This document shows positions 1 through 9,715 of a stretch of 64,000 nucleotides of DNA, piece after piece. Where the stretch lies: contig CAWEYG010000004.1 in NCBI GenBank assembly GCA_963813155.1, positions 32,001-96,000 of the forward strand. The letters are read 5' to 3'. The first letter of the stretch is position 1, and each line of letters opens with the position of its first letter. The notes under the pieces were generated by a model. It searched no databases. It saw only the letters and a program-made list of their open reading frames with translations, and was not told where the DNA came from. The DNA is from an uncultured Acidobacteriota bacterium. Its GTDB lineage: Bacteria; Acidobacteriota; Thermoanaerobaculia; UBA5066; DATFVB01. Position numbers and translations under genes: made by a program.

Positions 1-1207
1 AGCCCGCCTGCGCCGGCGACCAGGTCGCGCCCGCGTCGTCGCTGCGCATGACCCCGCCGCCTCCGGTACCGGCGTAGATCGTCGGTGTATTTCCGTCCAC
101 GATCAACGAATTGACGACCGTTCCGCGAACGCCGTCGTTTTCCTGCCGCCACGAGACTCCCGCGTCCACGCTCTTGAGCGTGCCGATGCTGGATCCCGCG
201 TAAACCGTGGCCGGCGCGGAGGGGTCGAGGAGGATCGCGAAGACCGTCGTGTTTCCCGCGCCGCCGCCGGCTCGGGCCCAGGTCGCTCCGCCGTCGCCGC
301 TCTTCAGCACGCCGGAATCGAGTGTGCCCACGTAGAGGGTTTGAGAAGCCGGATCGCTCGCGATCGAGAAAACTCGCGAGTTCGCCGGTTCGAGGGCGAG
401 AGCCGTCCAATGTGCGCCGCCGTCGACGCTCTTGTACGCGCCGGACGAGTAAGTTCCGGCGTAGATCGTGGACGGAGACAGGCGATCGATCACGATGTCG
501 AAAACGTAGGCGTCGCCGGGTCCGTCGCCGGCGGGCGCCCAGGAGAGTCCGGCGTTCCCGCTCGCGAAAATTCCCCGTCCCGCCGTTCCGGCGTACACGA
601 GCGAGGGGGCAGCGGAGTTGACGGCGATCGAGTAGATCGGGACGCCCGCGAGCTCCTGTCCCGCAGAAACCCACGAGCCGCCGCCGTCCGCCGACTTGAA
701 AATCCCTCCGGCCTGAGTTCCCGCATAGATCGTTCCGGCCCGGCCGGGATCCGCGGCGATCGCCAGGACGACCGTGTCGGAGAGACCGTTGTTCGCGAGA
801 GTCCACGACCGGCCGCCGTTGGAGGTCTTGAGAATTCCGTCGCCCGTCGCCGCGTAAAACGTGCCGGCCGCCTGCAGATCGGCCGCGAGACCGTTGACGA
901 CCGCGCCGCTCGTGCCCGTGTCGAGCGCGGACCAGGACTGACCCGAGTCGGTGCTCTTGAAGAGCCCGCCGCCGTAGGTCCCCTCGTAGATCGTCGTGGG
1001 CGACGCCGGGTCGATCGCGAGGGAGCTGACGAGCGCTCCTTCCGGTCCGAGGCTCGACCACCCGTTCGGGTTTGCGGTCGCGATCCCGGAAATCAGAGAG
1101 GCCGCCGCCGCTGCCATGACGAGGCACAGGGAGGCCCTTCCGTTTCGCCCGATATTGGATTTCTGGGTTACGTGGCGGAGGGTGCGGAAGAATCTTGCTC
1201 GCCCCAT
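1..1207 (-). CDS. Secreted BNR/Asp-box repeat beta-propeller protein, runs off the window start (absent from ORF track)
   Basis: Manual minus-strand translation from ATG 1207: MGRARFF...LCLVMAAAAASLISGIATANPNGWSSLGPEG, then repeated IDPxxPxTIYAGT..GG.FKS.DGGxxW units (LFKSTDSGQSW, AYKSVDGGAHW, VLKSGDGGATW, VMRSDDAGATW). Confidence 0.85.
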   Translation of the reverse strand, partial: MGRARFFRTLRHVTQKSNIGRNGRASLCLVMAAAAASLISGIATANPNGWSSLGPEGALVSSLAIDPASPTTIYEGTYGGGLFKSTDSGQSWSALDTGTSGAVVNGLAADLQAAGTFYAATGDGILKTSNGGRSWTLANNGLSDTVVLAIAADPGRAGTIYAGTQAGGIFKSADGGGSWVSAGQELAGVPIYSIAVNSAAPSLVYAGTAGRGIFASGNAGLSWAPAGDGPGDAYVFDIVIDRLSPSTIYAGTYSSGAYKSVDGGAHWTALALEPANSRVFSIASDPASQTLYVGTLDSGVLKSGDGGATWARAGGGAGNTTVFAILLDPSAPATVYAGSSIGTLKSVDAGVSWRQENDGVRGTVVNSLIVDGNTPTIYAGTGGGGVMRSDDAGATWSPAQAG

Positions 1208-1220
1208 GAGAGGTGGAGAT

Positions 1221-1236
1221 TGCATAAACCGTGCCG
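1221..1236 (-). promoter_or_regulatory. sigma54 (-24/-12) promoter of the BNR-repeat gene
   Basis: Minus strand CGGCACGGTTTATGCA: GG-N10-GC, close to consensus TGGCACG-N4-TTGCA, 13 nt upstream of the ATG. Confidence 0.7.
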
Positions 1237-1319
1237 TGTTGGTGACGGCGCTACCACCAGCAGATACTTGGGATTAGGAGTTTGCGGCGGCGGGGGCGCG
1301 GATTAGTCTCTCCTCCAGG

Positions 1320-2535
1320 GTGAAAAATCGAGCTCCCAACGCCGATGCTCGGAACGCGCTGATCGCCGGTTTTCTCGGCTGGACTCTCGACGCGTTCGAC
1401 TTCTTCGTCCTGACTTTCGTGCTCGTTCCCGTTGCCCACGAGTTCGGAAAGTCCGTTCCCGCGATCGCTCTCACCCTCACGGCGAGCCTCGCCATGCGCC
1501 CCATCGGCGCGCTGATCTTCGGGCTGATGGCCGACCGGTACGGGCGGCGGATTCCTCTCATGCTGGACGTGCTGTTCTATTCGATCGTCGAGGTTCTCTC
1601 CGGCTTCGCGCCGACGTACACGGTCTTTCTCGTCCTCCGCCTTCTCTACGGCATCGGCATGGGAGGCGAGTGGGGCGTGGGAGCTTCTCTGGCGATGGAA
1701 TCGGTTCCGGCGCGATGGCGGGGATTCCTTTCGGGGATTCTCCAGGAAGGCTACGCGTGCGGGTTTCTCCTCGCGGCGATCGCCTACGGATTCGTGTTTC
1801 CGCGATTCGGATGGCGCGCGCTCTTTTTTCTCGGCGGCGCCCCGGCGCTTCTCTCGCTTTTCATCCGGGCGAGGGTGAAGGAACCGGAGGCGTGGAAGGA
1901 GTCGAGAACCGACTGGACGAGCTACGGGCGATCGATCGCCCGCAACGCGAAGTTGTTCTTCTACCTGGTCCTGCTCATGGCGATGATGAACTTCATCTCG
2001 CATGGAACGCAGGACCTCTATCCCACGTATCTGCAGAAGCAGCGCGGCTTGAGCCCGCACACGACAGCGCTCGTGACGGTGATCTCGATGGTCGGCGCGA
2101 TTTTCGGGGGGTTGATCGTCGGCCACCTCTCGGACCGTTGGGGCCGGAGGCGCGCGATGGTCGCTTCGGTGCTGGCGGCCGTCGTTCTCGTTCCGTTGTG
2201 GATCGCCGCGCCGAACCTGTGGCTGATCGCCGCCGGCGCTTTCTGCATCCAGTTCATGGTGCAGGGAGCGTGGGGCGTCATTCCGGCTCACATCAACGAG
2301 CTCTCGCCCGCTGGCGCTTCGGGGATTCTTTCCGGGGTTTGCGTACCAGGTCGGCGTGCTCGTGGCTTCGACGATCACGTACGCCGAGGCCGTGCTCGCG
2401 GAGCATTTCAGCTACGCGCAGGCGATGGGATCCCTGGCCTGCGCGGTCCTCCTCGTCGGCGCGCTCGTGATCTGGCTCGGGCCGGAGGCGCACGGCGTCT
2501 CCTTTCGAGGCGAAACGAGAGAAACGCCGGGCTGA
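1320..2535 (+). CDS. MFS transporter, sialate/carboxylate:H+ symporter (SHS/JEN1-like); frameshift near 2310
   Basis: GWTLDAFDFF, G.MADRYGRR, GMGGEWG, ISHGTQDLYPT, GAWGVIPAHINELSP; C-terminus continues in another frame (PGFAYQVGVL...GPEAHG...TGA 2535). Confidence 0.88.
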
Positions 2536-2536
2536 G

Positions 2537-4789
2537 TCACAGGCGGATACGGCGAGTCACGAAGCTCGCGTCGCCGGTCTGGCTCGGGACCGCGGTCGGG
2601 GGACGCGCCGCGAGAATCTCCGAGCCCGACGCCGGGATTCCTTCCGTGCGATCCACGAGGATGAAAGTCGGGGAGCCGGCGGACACCTCGCCCGCGATCT
2701 CCACTCCGGCTGCCGGAAGGGTGACGCAGGAATAGCTGCTCCATCCGTTGCTACGGGCAAGGGCGCGTGCCGAGAGGGACGGGACGAGGACGCCCCCGAT
2801 CGAGAAGCGCTCGACGCGGGCGGCCGGAGGAAACGAGATCCGCGCGAAACGGGCGCCGCGGGGCGAAACGATCCTTCCGCGAAATCTCACCCGGCCATTT
2901 GCCTCCGTCCTCTCCTCGAGGCGGAACTCCGGCCCCGCCACGACCTCGGGAGGTGCGGCAGCCTCAAGCGCACGCAGCGGCGACCAGGGAAAAGGAGATC
3001 CGGGGACACGGCCGAACTTTCCGGCGGCGGAGAGCGCGAGAGGCACCGGCGCGCCGTCGAGGATCCACTCCGCGCGGCCCGAATCCGCGTCCTGGTGCCA
3101 GAAGATCGTGAGCCGCTCGGGCGAATCGGCGGTATACGGCGCGAGCCCGATCGAGGCAAGGAGCAGCGCCGCGCTTCCCGCGCCGAGACCGAGGAGAAGG
3201 ACTCTCCGGGACGGCGCGCCGAGTCGGGCGGCGAACGGAACGAGAGTCGTCGCGGGAAGTGCGACGGCCACCGCGATCACCGCGACGCCGCCGAAACCGA
3301 GCGCCTCCCACAGGCGCCACGCCATGGGCAGCCAGAGGAACGCCGCGACGGGGGGAGCGACCAGAGCCGTGCCTCTTTCGGGGTCGAGCGCGGAGGGGAT
3401 CCCGACCGCCGCGACCAGCGGAACGAGAAACAGAAAGCTCATTCCCGGGAGCGCCGCCGCGGCGGCGACTCCGAGCAGTGCCCATGCGGTCCAGACTCCG
3501 GCCGAGAGGCCCGCGGGGCGGATCCGCCGCGCGGCCGGAAGCGCGATCGCCCAGACCGCCGCGAGCGCGAGGAGCCACAGGCCGGCGAGCGGCGCGACCG
3601 GATGCGCCGTCCAGGAGGAAGGCAGGATTCCCGCGCTCTTCAGGAGGGAGCCCGCGGCGAAAGCGGCGAGGGCAGGGACGGCGATCATTCCCGCGAACAG
3701 GGCAAGAGCCGCCAGCCATTCCGAGACTCGGAGAGCTTTCCTTCGAAAGAAGAGAGCCAGTCCGAGCGCGAGCAGGAGAGTCGTCGCGACGGCGATGGGC
3801 AACGTCCAGGCTTCCGGCCAGCCGACGATTTTCACGCCGAACACGTCGAAGAAGACGGCATCGCCTTTCGGTCCGGGCCCCGCGCTCTCCGCGGAGAGCG
3901 ACAGCGATTCCACCATGGCGAGCGCATTCTCGCCCTGATGCTGCAGCGTCGCGAGGCTCGCGTGAGCCAGATCGTCCCGCGGCGTGTGGTAGTGGGAGAC
4001 TCCGCCGATGCAGGCGAAATTTACCCCGGCCATTCCCTGCCGCCGGAAGACGGTGAGGTCCGTGTCGTTCGGGAGCATCCGGTAGATCGCCGGAAAGACG
4101 GAGCTCGAGACCGGATGGGGAATGGCGCTCGCCGCCTCGATCAGCCACCGGTTGTCGTGGCTCGTTTCGAAAAGAAGGCTCGCGCCTGACGTCCCTCTCG
4201 CCTCGAGGTTGACGACGGCGGAGATATCCCGGGCCCACGGGTGCTTCGTCGCGAATGCCTCCGCGCCGAGGAGGCCCTGTTCCTCGCCGTCGTCGAGGAG
4301 AAAGACGACGGGCCGCGTGCGAGGGGGAGCCGACCCGAGGATTCGCGCGATTTCGAGCGCGCTGGCGACACCGAGGCCGTCATCGGACGCTCCGGGCCCT
4401 GCTTCGACGGAATCGTAGTGGGCCGAGAGCAGAACGGCCCCCCGCTCTTCCCGTCCCGGCCGGCGCGCGAGGACGTTTCGCACCGTCCCGCAGGTGCCGT
4501 AGCTCCCGCAGACGAACTCTTCCTGGATCGAGGGCGAATAGCCCATTCCGGCGAGCGCCGCGACGATTCGGGACTCGACGAGCGCGTTTTCTGCGCTGCC
4601 CTCGGGATGCGGAGTCTCCGGCTCGAGCACCGAACGAAGAAGATTCCTCGCGCGGGAAGCCGAGAAGAGCTCCGGCGGAGCGTTCGCGGGAGCGGGGGAG
4701 GGCGGACCGTTTCGGGCGAGACCGGCCGTGAAGAGCAGCGCGCAGAGGGCGGAGACGAAGAGGAGCCGGGGGCCGGGTCGCGAAGCCAC
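2537..4789 (-). CDS. Membrane-bound M28 family aminopeptidase
   Basis: SAHYDS, GASDDG, DGEEQGL, NLEARG, YHTPRD zinc motifs followed by multiple TM helices. Confidence 0.9.
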   Translation of the reverse strand: MASRPGPRLLFVSALCALLFTAGLARNGPPSPAPANAPPELFSASRARNLLRSVLEPETPHPEGSAENALVESRIVAALAGMGYSPSIQEEFVCGSYGTCGTVRNVLARRPGREERGAVLLSAHYDSVEAGPGASDDGLGVASALEIARILGSAPPRTRPVVFLLDDGEEQGLLGAEAFATKHPWARDISAVVNLEARGTSGASLLFETSHDNRWLIEAASAIPHPVSSSVFPAIYRMLPNDTDLTVFRRQGMAGVNFACIGGVSHYHTPRDDLAHASLATLQHQGENALAMVESLSLSAESAGPGPKGDAVFFDVFGVKIVGWPEAWTLPIAVATTLLLALGLALFFRRKALRVSEWLAALALFAGMIAVPALAAFAAGSLLKSAGILPSSWTAHPVAPLAGLWLLALAAVWAIALPAARRIRPAGLSAGVWTAWALLGVAAAAALPGMSFLFLVPLVAAVGIPSALDPERGTALVAPPVAAFLWLPMAWRLWEALGFGGVAVIAVAVALPATTLVPFAARLGAPSRRVLLLGLGAGSAALLLASIGLAPYTADSPERLTIFWHQDADSGRAEWILDGAPVPLALSAAGKFGRVPGSPFPWSPLRALEAAAPPEVVAGPEFRLEERTEANGRVRFRGRIVSPRGARFARISFPPAARVERFSIGGVLVPSLSARALARSNGWSSYSCVTLPAAGVEIAGEVSAGSPTFILVDRTEGIPASGSEILAARPPTAVPSQTGDASFVTRRIRL

Positions 4790-4800
4790 GCCTCTTCCCT

Positions 4801-5625
4801 TCAGCGGAATTTTTGGCGCATGCCGAAATCCATCAGGCGATCGGGAAGAAGGCGCTTCGCGAGCGCACCGATTTTCGCGGGCGCCGTCACGAGGATGCGG
4901 GCAGGGGGGTTACGGCTCCGGACGGCGCGCAGGACCTCGCGGGAGACCGCCTCGGGCGGAAGCGCTCCGGCCGTGGTCTCCTTGTGGAACAGATCGAAGG
5001 CGTTCGCGTACGCCGAGTGGTAGGGGGAATGGGGATCGGCGCCGAACGGTTCGGCGCGGTTCTCCGCGGTTTCCGCGAACCGGGTTTGAATGGGCCCCGG
5101 CTCGAGGAGGACGACCCGAATGCCGAACGGGCGCACCTCGAGGCGGAGGGCGTCGGAAATCGCCTCGATCGCGAATTTCGACGCGCAATACGCGCCGCCG
5201 AACGGATAGGAGATCCTCCCGCCGATGGAACCGATCATCACGACGGTTCCGGAACCCTGCCGGCGCATCACGGGAAGCACGGCCTGTGTCATCTCGATCG
5301 TCCCGAACACGTTCACGTCGAATTCCTCGCGCCATTTTGCGATCGGCAGGTCTTCGACCGTGCCCATCTGGCCGTAACCGGCGTTGTTGACGAGAACGTC
5401 GATTCGACCGGCGCGGGAAAGGACTTCCCCGGTCGCCTTCCGGATCGAGGCCGGATCCGTGACGTCGAGCGGCAGCGCCTCGACGCCGGAGAGCGCCCCG
5501 AGCGACTCCGGTTTCCGTGCCGTCGCGAAGACTCGATTCCCGGCGGCCGCCGCGGCCTCGGCGGTCGCGCGCCCGATGCCCGAAGAGCAGCCGGTGATCA
5601 GAAAGACGAGAGGTGGGTTCGCCAT
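4801..5625 (-). CDS. SDR family oxidoreductase
   Basis: TGCSSGIG, VNNAGYG, YCASK; start placed at MANPP (5625). Confidence 0.92.
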   Translation of the reverse strand: MANPPLVFLITGCSSGIGRATAEAAAAAGNRVFATARKPESLGALSGVEALPLDVTDPASIRKATGEVLSRAGRIDVLVNNAGYGQMGTVEDLPIAKWREEFDVNVFGTIEMTQAVLPVMRRQGSGTVVMIGSIGGRISYPFGGAYCASKFAIEAISDALRLEVRPFGIRVVLLEPGPIQTRFAETAENRAEPFGADPHSPYHSAYANAFDLFHKETTAGALPPEAVSREVLRAVRSRNPPARILVTAPAKIGALAKRLLPDRLMDFGMRQKFR

Positions 5626-5666
5626 GCCCGTAATGTATCGCGAGTCGAAAGTCGTACAATCGGCCC

Positions 5667-6317
5667 GTGACATACGCGGAGAAGCAGCTCGCCCCCGGGG
5701 AGCGCATCCTGTATCGGGCGCGCTACCACTGGATTTTCTTCGGAAAGGCGATCCTCCTGCTGCTTCTTTCGATCGTGCTGTCGGGAATCGACCTGTGGAT
5801 GGCCCAGAAGGGGGTCGACGCCGCCGCCGTCGGCGTCCTGAAATGGGCGGCGGCGACCGTTCTCGTGTTCGCGCTCGTCTTTCTGCTCGCGAGGTCGATC
5901 CGGGCAGCGGCCGACGAGTTCGTCGTCACCGATCGCCGGATCATCCACAAGCTCGGGTTCTTCTCCCACGAAACGCGGCAGTGCCCGCTCGCGCGGGTTC
6001 AGGACATCACCGTGGACCAGTCGTTCGGGGGACGGCTGCTCGGGTACGGAGACCTCGGGATCGAAACCGCATCGGAGGGAGGGCAAATCCTCTTTCCGAC
6101 GATCTCGAATCCCGAAGCGCTACGAACGGCGATCTGGACGCACGTCGGAACGGGTGGTGTCTCTGCCGCTTCGCCGGCGGCGCCGGCCGCCGCGGGGTCT
6201 CCCCACACTCCCGCTCCCTCCGATCGCCTCGCGAAACTGGCGGAATTGAAGAACCAGGGCCTCATCACTCCGGAAGAGTACGAGCAGAAGCGGCGGGACA
6301 TCGTCCGGGAGCTTTGA
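5667..6317 (+). CDS. Membrane protein with bacterial PH domain and C-terminal SHOCT domain
   Basis: 2 TM helices; FVVTDRRII..G, VDQSFGGRLLGYGDL (bPH); LAKLAELKNQGLITPEEYEQKRRDI (SHOCT). Confidence 0.85.
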   Translation: MTYAEKQLAPGERILYRARYHWIFFGKAILLLLLSIVLSGIDLWMAQKGVDAAAVGVLKWAAATVLVFALVFLLARSIRAAADEFVVTDRRIIHKLGFFSHETRQCPLARVQDITVDQSFGGRLLGYGDLGIETASEGGQILFPTISNPEALRTAIWTHVGTGGVSAASPAAPAAAGSPHTPAPSDRLAKLAELKNQGLITPEEYEQKRRDIVREL

Positions 6318-6362
6318 TGTGCCGTAAAGATGTGCCGTAAACCCCGGCGCCGCCCGCTCGTC
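6316..6362 (+). promoter_or_regulatory. ECF-type promoter GTAAAC-N16-CGTC overlapped by a 13-bp tandem repeat
   Basis: GATGTGCCGTAAA x2 (6316-6341); GTAAAC 6337-6342; CGTC 6359-6362; GTG start of the sigma gene at 6371. Confidence 0.6.
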
Positions 6363-6370
6363 CAAATGGC

Positions 6371-6985
6371 GTGAGGGCATTGAAGATCGTCACCCCTGCC
6401 GAAGCCGAACCCGTCGACGAAAACCGCGTCCTCGAGCGGGTCCTGGCCGGGGACGCGGACGCGTTCGGGTACTTCGTCCGCGCGTACCAGAGGAGGGTCT
6501 ACGGTATGGCGCTCCGGTTTCTCCGGGACCCGGGCGAGGCGGAGTGCGTCGCGCAGGAATCCTTCCTCAAGGCGTACCAGGCGCTCGGCGATTTTCGCGG
6601 CGGCAGCACGTTCGAGACGTGGATCACGAGAATCGCGATCAACGGGTGCCGCGACCGGCTGAAAAGGAAGCGCCTCGTCGTCTATTTCCACCAGGCTGCC
6701 GCGCCCGATCCGGATGGCGACGACCCGGAAGATCGCGCCCCGTCGCCCGATCCGTCCCCCGAGCGCCTCCTCCACGCGAAGCAGATCCAGGAGCGGATCC
6801 GGCAGGCCGTCGGCGATCTCTCTCCGCGCCAGCAGGCGGTCTTCGTTCTGAAGCACATGGAGGAGAGATCGATTCCCGAGATCGCGAACCTGCTCGGGCT
6901 CGATTCCGGAACCGTCAAGTCTCACCTGTTTCGAGCTGCGAACAAGGTCCGCGAGAAACTTCGCGACATGAGGAGAACTCCATGA
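6371..6985 (+). CDS. ECF sigma-70 family RNA polymerase sigma factor
   Basis: Region 2 (AQESFLKAY...FETWITRIAIN) and region 4 (LSPRQQAVFVL...EIANLLG...GTVKSHLFRA). Confidence 0.93.
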   Translation: MRALKIVTPAEAEPVDENRVLERVLAGDADAFGYFVRAYQRRVYGMALRFLRDPGEAECVAQESFLKAYQALGDFRGGSTFETWITRIAINGCRDRLKRKRLVVYFHQAAAPDPDGDDPEDRAPSPDPSPERLLHAKQIQERIRQAVGDLSPRQQAVFVLKHMEERSIPEIANLLGLDSGTVKSHLFRAANKVREKLRDMRRTP

Positions 6986-7482
6986 CCGATCGAAGGCCGC
7001 GCGAAGAGCACCTGCGCGCCGAGGACTATCTTTTTCTCGTGCTGTCTCCCACGGGCGAGCCGGAGCCGCTTCCCGCGCACCTGTCCGCCTGCCCGGCGTG
7101 CGCGCGCCGGTTCGCCGAGTGGCGGTCCGCCGCGGAGGGACTGGCGGCGGGCGGCGAGAGCCCGCCGCTCGATTTCGAAACGAACGTGATGGCGCGCGTT
7201 CGGGCGATGGCGATCCCGCGCAGTCGCCGGCGGCAGCGACGCTGGGCCGCCGGCCTTTCGGCGGCCGCGTGCCTTCTCGCCGCGTTCTGGCTCGGCACCC
7301 GCGCCGGAACGAGAACCGGGCCGGGTTCCCCCGCGGTTCGCGTGACCGTCACGTCGATGAGCGAATCGGACCGCGCGGACGACGAGTTGTTGCGCGACGT
7401 TTCGCGTCTCGTCTCGTCCGAGGACGAGACGAACTGGAGGTCGCTGGCGCCGTTGCCGCCGGCGCCGGGAGGAACTTCGTGA
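6982..7482 (+). CDS. Zinc-finger (HxxxCxxC) membrane anti-sigma factor
   Basis: ATGA overlap with sigma gene; HLSACPAC motif; single TM helix. Confidence 0.8.
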   Translation: MTDRRPREEHLRAEDYLFLVLSPTGEPEPLPAHLSACPACARRFAEWRSAAEGLAAGGESPPLDFETNVMARVRAMAIPRSRRRQRRWAAGLSAAACLLAAFWLGTRAGTRTGPGSPAVRVTVTSMSESDRADDELLRDVSRLVSSEDETNWRSLAPLPPAPGGTS

Positions 7483-7940
7483 AGCGATTCGCTGCATTCA
7501 CCGCGCTCCTGCTCGCCGCGGCCCTCGCCGCCGCGGGCCCGATGGACGGCATGCCGGACGGAAAGTGGTGGAAGAACCCCCGCGCGGTCCGGCTGCTCCG
7601 TCTCACCGACGCGCAGGTCGACCAGATCGAGAGGATTTTCCTGCGCGTTCGCCCGCAGCTCATCGACCTGCGGGCGGACCTGGAGAAAAAGCGTCTCGTT
7701 CAGAATTCCCTGATGGAGAAGCCGGCCGTGAAGACGGAGGACGCCGCGAAATCGATCGACGACACGGAGATGGCGCGCTCCCGGCTCGAGAAGGCGCGCG
7801 CAATGATGTTCCTCGAGATCCGCCAGGTGCTGACTCCCGAGCAGCGGGCGGCGCTCGTGGAGCGACGCGAGGAGATTCGCGAGCGTCGCATGGACCGCCA
7901 GCGCCGGCTCCGCCCCGGCGAAGCTCGATCGCCGGACTGA
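7479..7940 (+). CDS. Spy/CpxP-like (LTxxQ) periplasmic protein
   Basis: Signal peptide; LRLTDAQ and VLTPEQR motifs; helical body. Confidence 0.8.
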   Translation: MKRFAAFTALLLAAALAAAGPMDGMPDGKWWKNPRAVRLLRLTDAQVDQIERIFLRVRPQLIDLRADLEKKRLVQNSLMEKPAVKTEDAAKSIDDTEMARSRLEKARAMMFLEIRQVLTPEQRAALVERREEIRERRMDRQRRLRPGEARSPD

Positions 7941-7978
7941 CGGAATATCGATTTCACCCTTTCGGTTAAACTCGCGGG

Positions 7979-9715
7979 GTGAAGGACCGGAGCGTTTTTT
8001 TCTCGTTTTTTCGGCCCTACCGCGCGCAAATCGCGATCGGAACGGTCTGCGTTCTCCTCTCGACCGGGATCTCCCTGATCGCGCCTTCCGTCGTCGGCCG
8101 GGCGATCGACGACCTCAAGCACGGGGTTTCGAGCGCGGCGGTGTTTCGATTCGGGGCCCTCATCCTCCTGATCTCCGCCGTGTCCGGCGCGTTCCTCTTT
8201 TTTCAGCGCCGCATCCTCATCGGCATTTCCCGCGACATGGAGTTCGACATCCGCAACGACTTCTTCGATCACCTCACGAAGCTCCCGCTGGATTTCTACC
8301 GCGGGCATCGCACGGGGGATCTCATGTCGCGGGCCGTCAACGATCTCACGGCCGTGCGAATGATGCTGGGGCCGGGGCTGATGCAGTCTTTGAACACGAT
8401 CGTCACGGCGTCGATTGCGATCGCGCTGATGGTGCGGGTCGACTGGTCGCTGACCTTGCTCGCGCTCGCGACCCTTCCCCTCACGGCGGCGTCCACGAAG
8501 ATCGTCGGGCAGAAAATCCACGTGCTGTTCGAGAAGGTCCAGGAGTACTTTTCCGAGATGTCGGCCCGGGCACAGGAGAATTTTGCGGGCGCCCGGGTCG
8601 TGCGGGCATTCACCCGCGAGAACTCGGAGATCGAACTGTTTCGGGCGGCCAACCACGAGTACATGCAGAGAAACCGGAAGATCATCAAGGTGTCGGCGCT
8701 GTTCTACCCCCTGCTGCAGACGCTCGTCGGCCTCTCGTTCGTGCTGGTTCTCTGGAGGGGAGGCCGGCTCGTCCTCGCGGAGAAGATCACGGTCGGCAAG
8801 TTCGTCGAGTTCAACCTCTACCTCGTCGAAATGGTCTGGCCGATGATCGCGCTGGGCTGGGTCGTCAACCTCCTGCAGCGCGGCGCGGCGTCCTGGAATC
8901 GAATGCGCGAGATCCGCGACACGGAACCGTCGATCCGGGACGTGCCGCCCCTGGCGACGGGCTTCTCGCCGAGGGGGGAGATCGAATTCCGGGGGCTGTC
9001 GTACTCGTCCGGGGGCGCGCGAATCCTGTCCGACATCGACCTGAAGATCCGGGCCGGGTCCTTCGTGGGGATCGTCGGTCGGACCGGCGCCGGCAAGACG
9101 ACTCTCGTCTCGCTCATTCCCCGGCTCCTCGACCCTCCGCCCGGGACCCTGTTCTTCGACGGTCTCGAAGTCCACCGGATCCCGGTCGCCGACCTTCGGC
9201 GAGAGATCGGGATGGTCACGCAGGACACGTTCCTGTTCTCGGAAACGATCGCGGGAAACCTCGCCTACGGGGTCCCCGACGCCGAAACCGAGGCGGTCGA
9301 GCGCGCGGGAGAGATCGCGGGCCTGACGCCGGACATCGAGGGTTTCCCGGAGCGGTGGAACACCCAGATCGGGGAGAGGGGCATCACGCTTTCCGGAGGA
9401 CAGAAGCAGAGGGCCGCGATCGCGCGCGCGATCCTTCGGGCGCCGAAGATCCTGATCCTCGACGACTCGCTCTCGGCCGTCGATTCGGAGACGGAAGCGA
9501 AGATTCAGAACCGTTTGCGGGACGTGGTCGCGAAAAGGACGACGCTGCTGATCGCGCACCGCCTTTCTTCCCTGCGGGACGCCGACGAGATCGTCGTGCT
9601 GGAGGAGGGCCGCATCGCGGAGCGGGGCTCCCACCGTGAGCTCGTCGCGCGCGGCGGGCTCTACGCGGGGATGTGGGAACGCCAGCGCCTCGAGGAAGAG
9701 GTCGAGAGCGCGTGA
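7979..9715 (+). CDS. ABC exporter permease/ATP-binding subunit (MdlA-like)
   Basis: TM domain; GRTGAGKT; LSGGQKQR; ILDDS (degenerate Walker B). Confidence 0.92.
   Translation: MKDRSVFFSFFRPYRAQIAIGTVCVLLSTGISLIAPSVVGRAIDDLKHGVSSAAVFRFGALILLISAVSGAFLFFQRRILIGISRDMEFDIRNDFFDHLTKLPLDFYRGHRTGDLMSRAVNDLTAVRMMLGPGLMQSLNTIVTASIAIALMVRVDWSLTLLALATLPLTAASTKIVGQKIHVLFEKVQEYFSEMSARAQENFAGARVVRAFTRENSEIELFRAANHEYMQRNRKIIKVSALFYPLLQTLVGLSFVLVLWRGGRLVLAEKITVGKFVEFNLYLVEMVWPMIALGWVVNLLQRGAASWNRMREIRDTEPSIRDVPPLATGFSPRGEIEFRGLSYSSGGARILSDIDLKIRAGSFVGIVGRTGAGKTTLVSLIPRLLDPPPGTLFFDGLEVHRIPVADLRREIGMVTQDTFLFSETIAGNLAYGVPDAETEAVERAGEIAGLTPDIEGFPERWNTQIGERGITLSGGQKQRAAIARAILRAPKILILDDSLSAVDSETEAKIQNRLRDVVAKRTTLLIAHRLSSLRDADEIVVLEEGRIAERGSHRELVARGGLYAGMWERQRLEEEVESA

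Noticed and set aside
341-1306. 321-aa plus-strand ORF
   Set aside because: Shadow of the minus-strand BNR-repeat gene
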